From contig NC_087439.1 in assembly GCF_036321535.1 (NCBI RefSeq), positions 92,690,001-92,754,000 of the forward strand: DNA of 64,000 nucleotides. The letters run 5' to 3'. Made by a program: the position numbers and the translations under genes. Positions 62,725-64,000 of this stretch are shown here, one piece after another. This DNA is from Camelus dromedarius (Eukaryota). The notes beneath the pieces are model-generated. The model searched no databases. It was given only the letters and a program-made list of their open reading frames with translations, and was not told where the DNA came from. Position 1 is the first letter of the stretch. The number at the start of each line of letters is the position of its first letter.

Positions 62725-64000
62725 CTGGTGGAGACCATCTTGTTCCCAATATTCTTGGTGAAAATCCTGAACTTTTCAAGAATAAAGGTAAAAATCTTCA
62801 CTTGATAATGAGAGTCCATAGAGAAAGCATAGCCTGGTTCTGGGCATATCTTGGGATGCCTGAAAGAATAAAGGTGCTAGAACAGTACTGAGAGCAAAGG
62901 CATGGAACTCAAGAATTCCAAGAGGGAGAGACTATCTTTGTGGACATGTAGAGATTGAGAGATGACATCCATGTTAGGTCTGATGGAAAGAGACAAACTG
63001 AAGGTCAGTGAGAACAGACTTGAAGGTAACAAGGAGATGAAAGAGTGGTGACCAGGGAAGCTTGCAATATTTGTTAAGTGGCCCTGAATGGATAGTGGTA
63101 AAGTGACATGTTTCCAACATACACAATGTTTAATGAGGCTTCTGGCAGATCAGAAGGCATTTGGGAAGGGAACATCAAATAAAAGTCTGGAACTAGAAAT
63201 ACTAAACTCTCAGCAAAAGTCAGGACTTGTACTAAAGGCCTCCTTGGAGTGAGCAAGAATTTTCACTTCAGAGGTGGCCTCATTTGGGGGAAGGGGATAA
63301 GAGGTGGGGGGCTGAGATTTATTTCAGTTATGTTGCTTCACTCTTTGGCCCTTCCAGAGGCTGTGAAGCCAGGGCAAGGTTTAGGAGAAGTTTTGCCAAG
63401 TAGGGGCTGGACCTCACCACTATCGAATCCCTTAAGAGCTGGCCTGGAATCTGTACTGACCGTGATAACACACTGCTGTTTGCCCTTCTGTGATCTGTAG
63501 GTGAACGTTCATGCCACTTAAACTTCAGCCAAGTGCTGTTAATTAACTCTGGGTGTTTATGGCCTTGTGGCTCCTTTTGTGTTAACCACTTCCTGCTGGT
63601 TGCTGAGTGGGTGTGGGAGGCTGTGAAGGAGGGAAATTAGACTTGGCTCTTTCTGGACAAGGTTAAAGTAAGAGTGGGTTTCATGAAGGAGTGGGGGCTT
63701 TGGGAAATTTAGGTTAGCTGTTTAGCCTCACTCAGGAGAAGAACTTAAAGGCTTGGAGGTGCGCTGTCTCTCCCCAGCAAAGAGGAGTGCGGTGCAGACC
63801 TAGGGAGAAGGACTCTGGGAAAACCATCCTCACGATGTTCTTACCACAAACCAAAGTGCAGCGTGGCGGTGGGGAGGATGATTCTGGCCTCCCTGACCTG
63901 TTAGATGAGCTCAGTGGGAAAGGTGGAGACACAGCTGCTGAGAGACAGAGGTCTTGAAGAGGGCCTGAGGCTGGCGGAGGCGGACGAGCTGGTGGCATCG

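Noticed and set aside
58829-64000. UGT1A shared exon 2 (EFEAY...)
   Set aside because: No matching coding sequence found by eye; it must lie beyond the window.

Overview
Mammalian genomic DNA covering the 3' half of the variable-first-exon region of a UGT1A (UDP-glucuronosyltransferase 1A) locus. The tRNA-derived SINEs look camelid-type (inference from memory of the family). From left to right: (1) about 9.5 kb of L1/SINE/MER20/MIR-rich intron. (2) A head-to-tail array (about 9490-41463) of six ~5.52-kb units, each with one UGT1A3/4/5-type exon 1. There are two coding types in the order A-B-B-B-A-A and three promoter types. Most of each unit is identical between copies, and differences are confined to the promoter and the aglycone-binding part of the exon. 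(3) A contig end carrying what looks like an untrimmed PacBio barcode, then a 200-N gap. (4) A 42-bp piece of a further, more diverged unit, followed by L1s. (5) A decayed UGT1A2-like exon 1. (6) An intact antisense intronless DNAJB3 with a CpG-island promoter. (7) A homologue of the gtPBREM enhancer, a 1.5-kb L1 just upstream of the UGT1A1 promoter, and UGT1A1 exon 1. (8) The start of UGT1A1 intron 1, containing a TSD-flanked L1+unique-sequence retroinsertion. Shared exons 2-5 are not in the window. Identities were judged by eye and from the ORF track; comparisons with human sequence are from memory and need checking by alignment.
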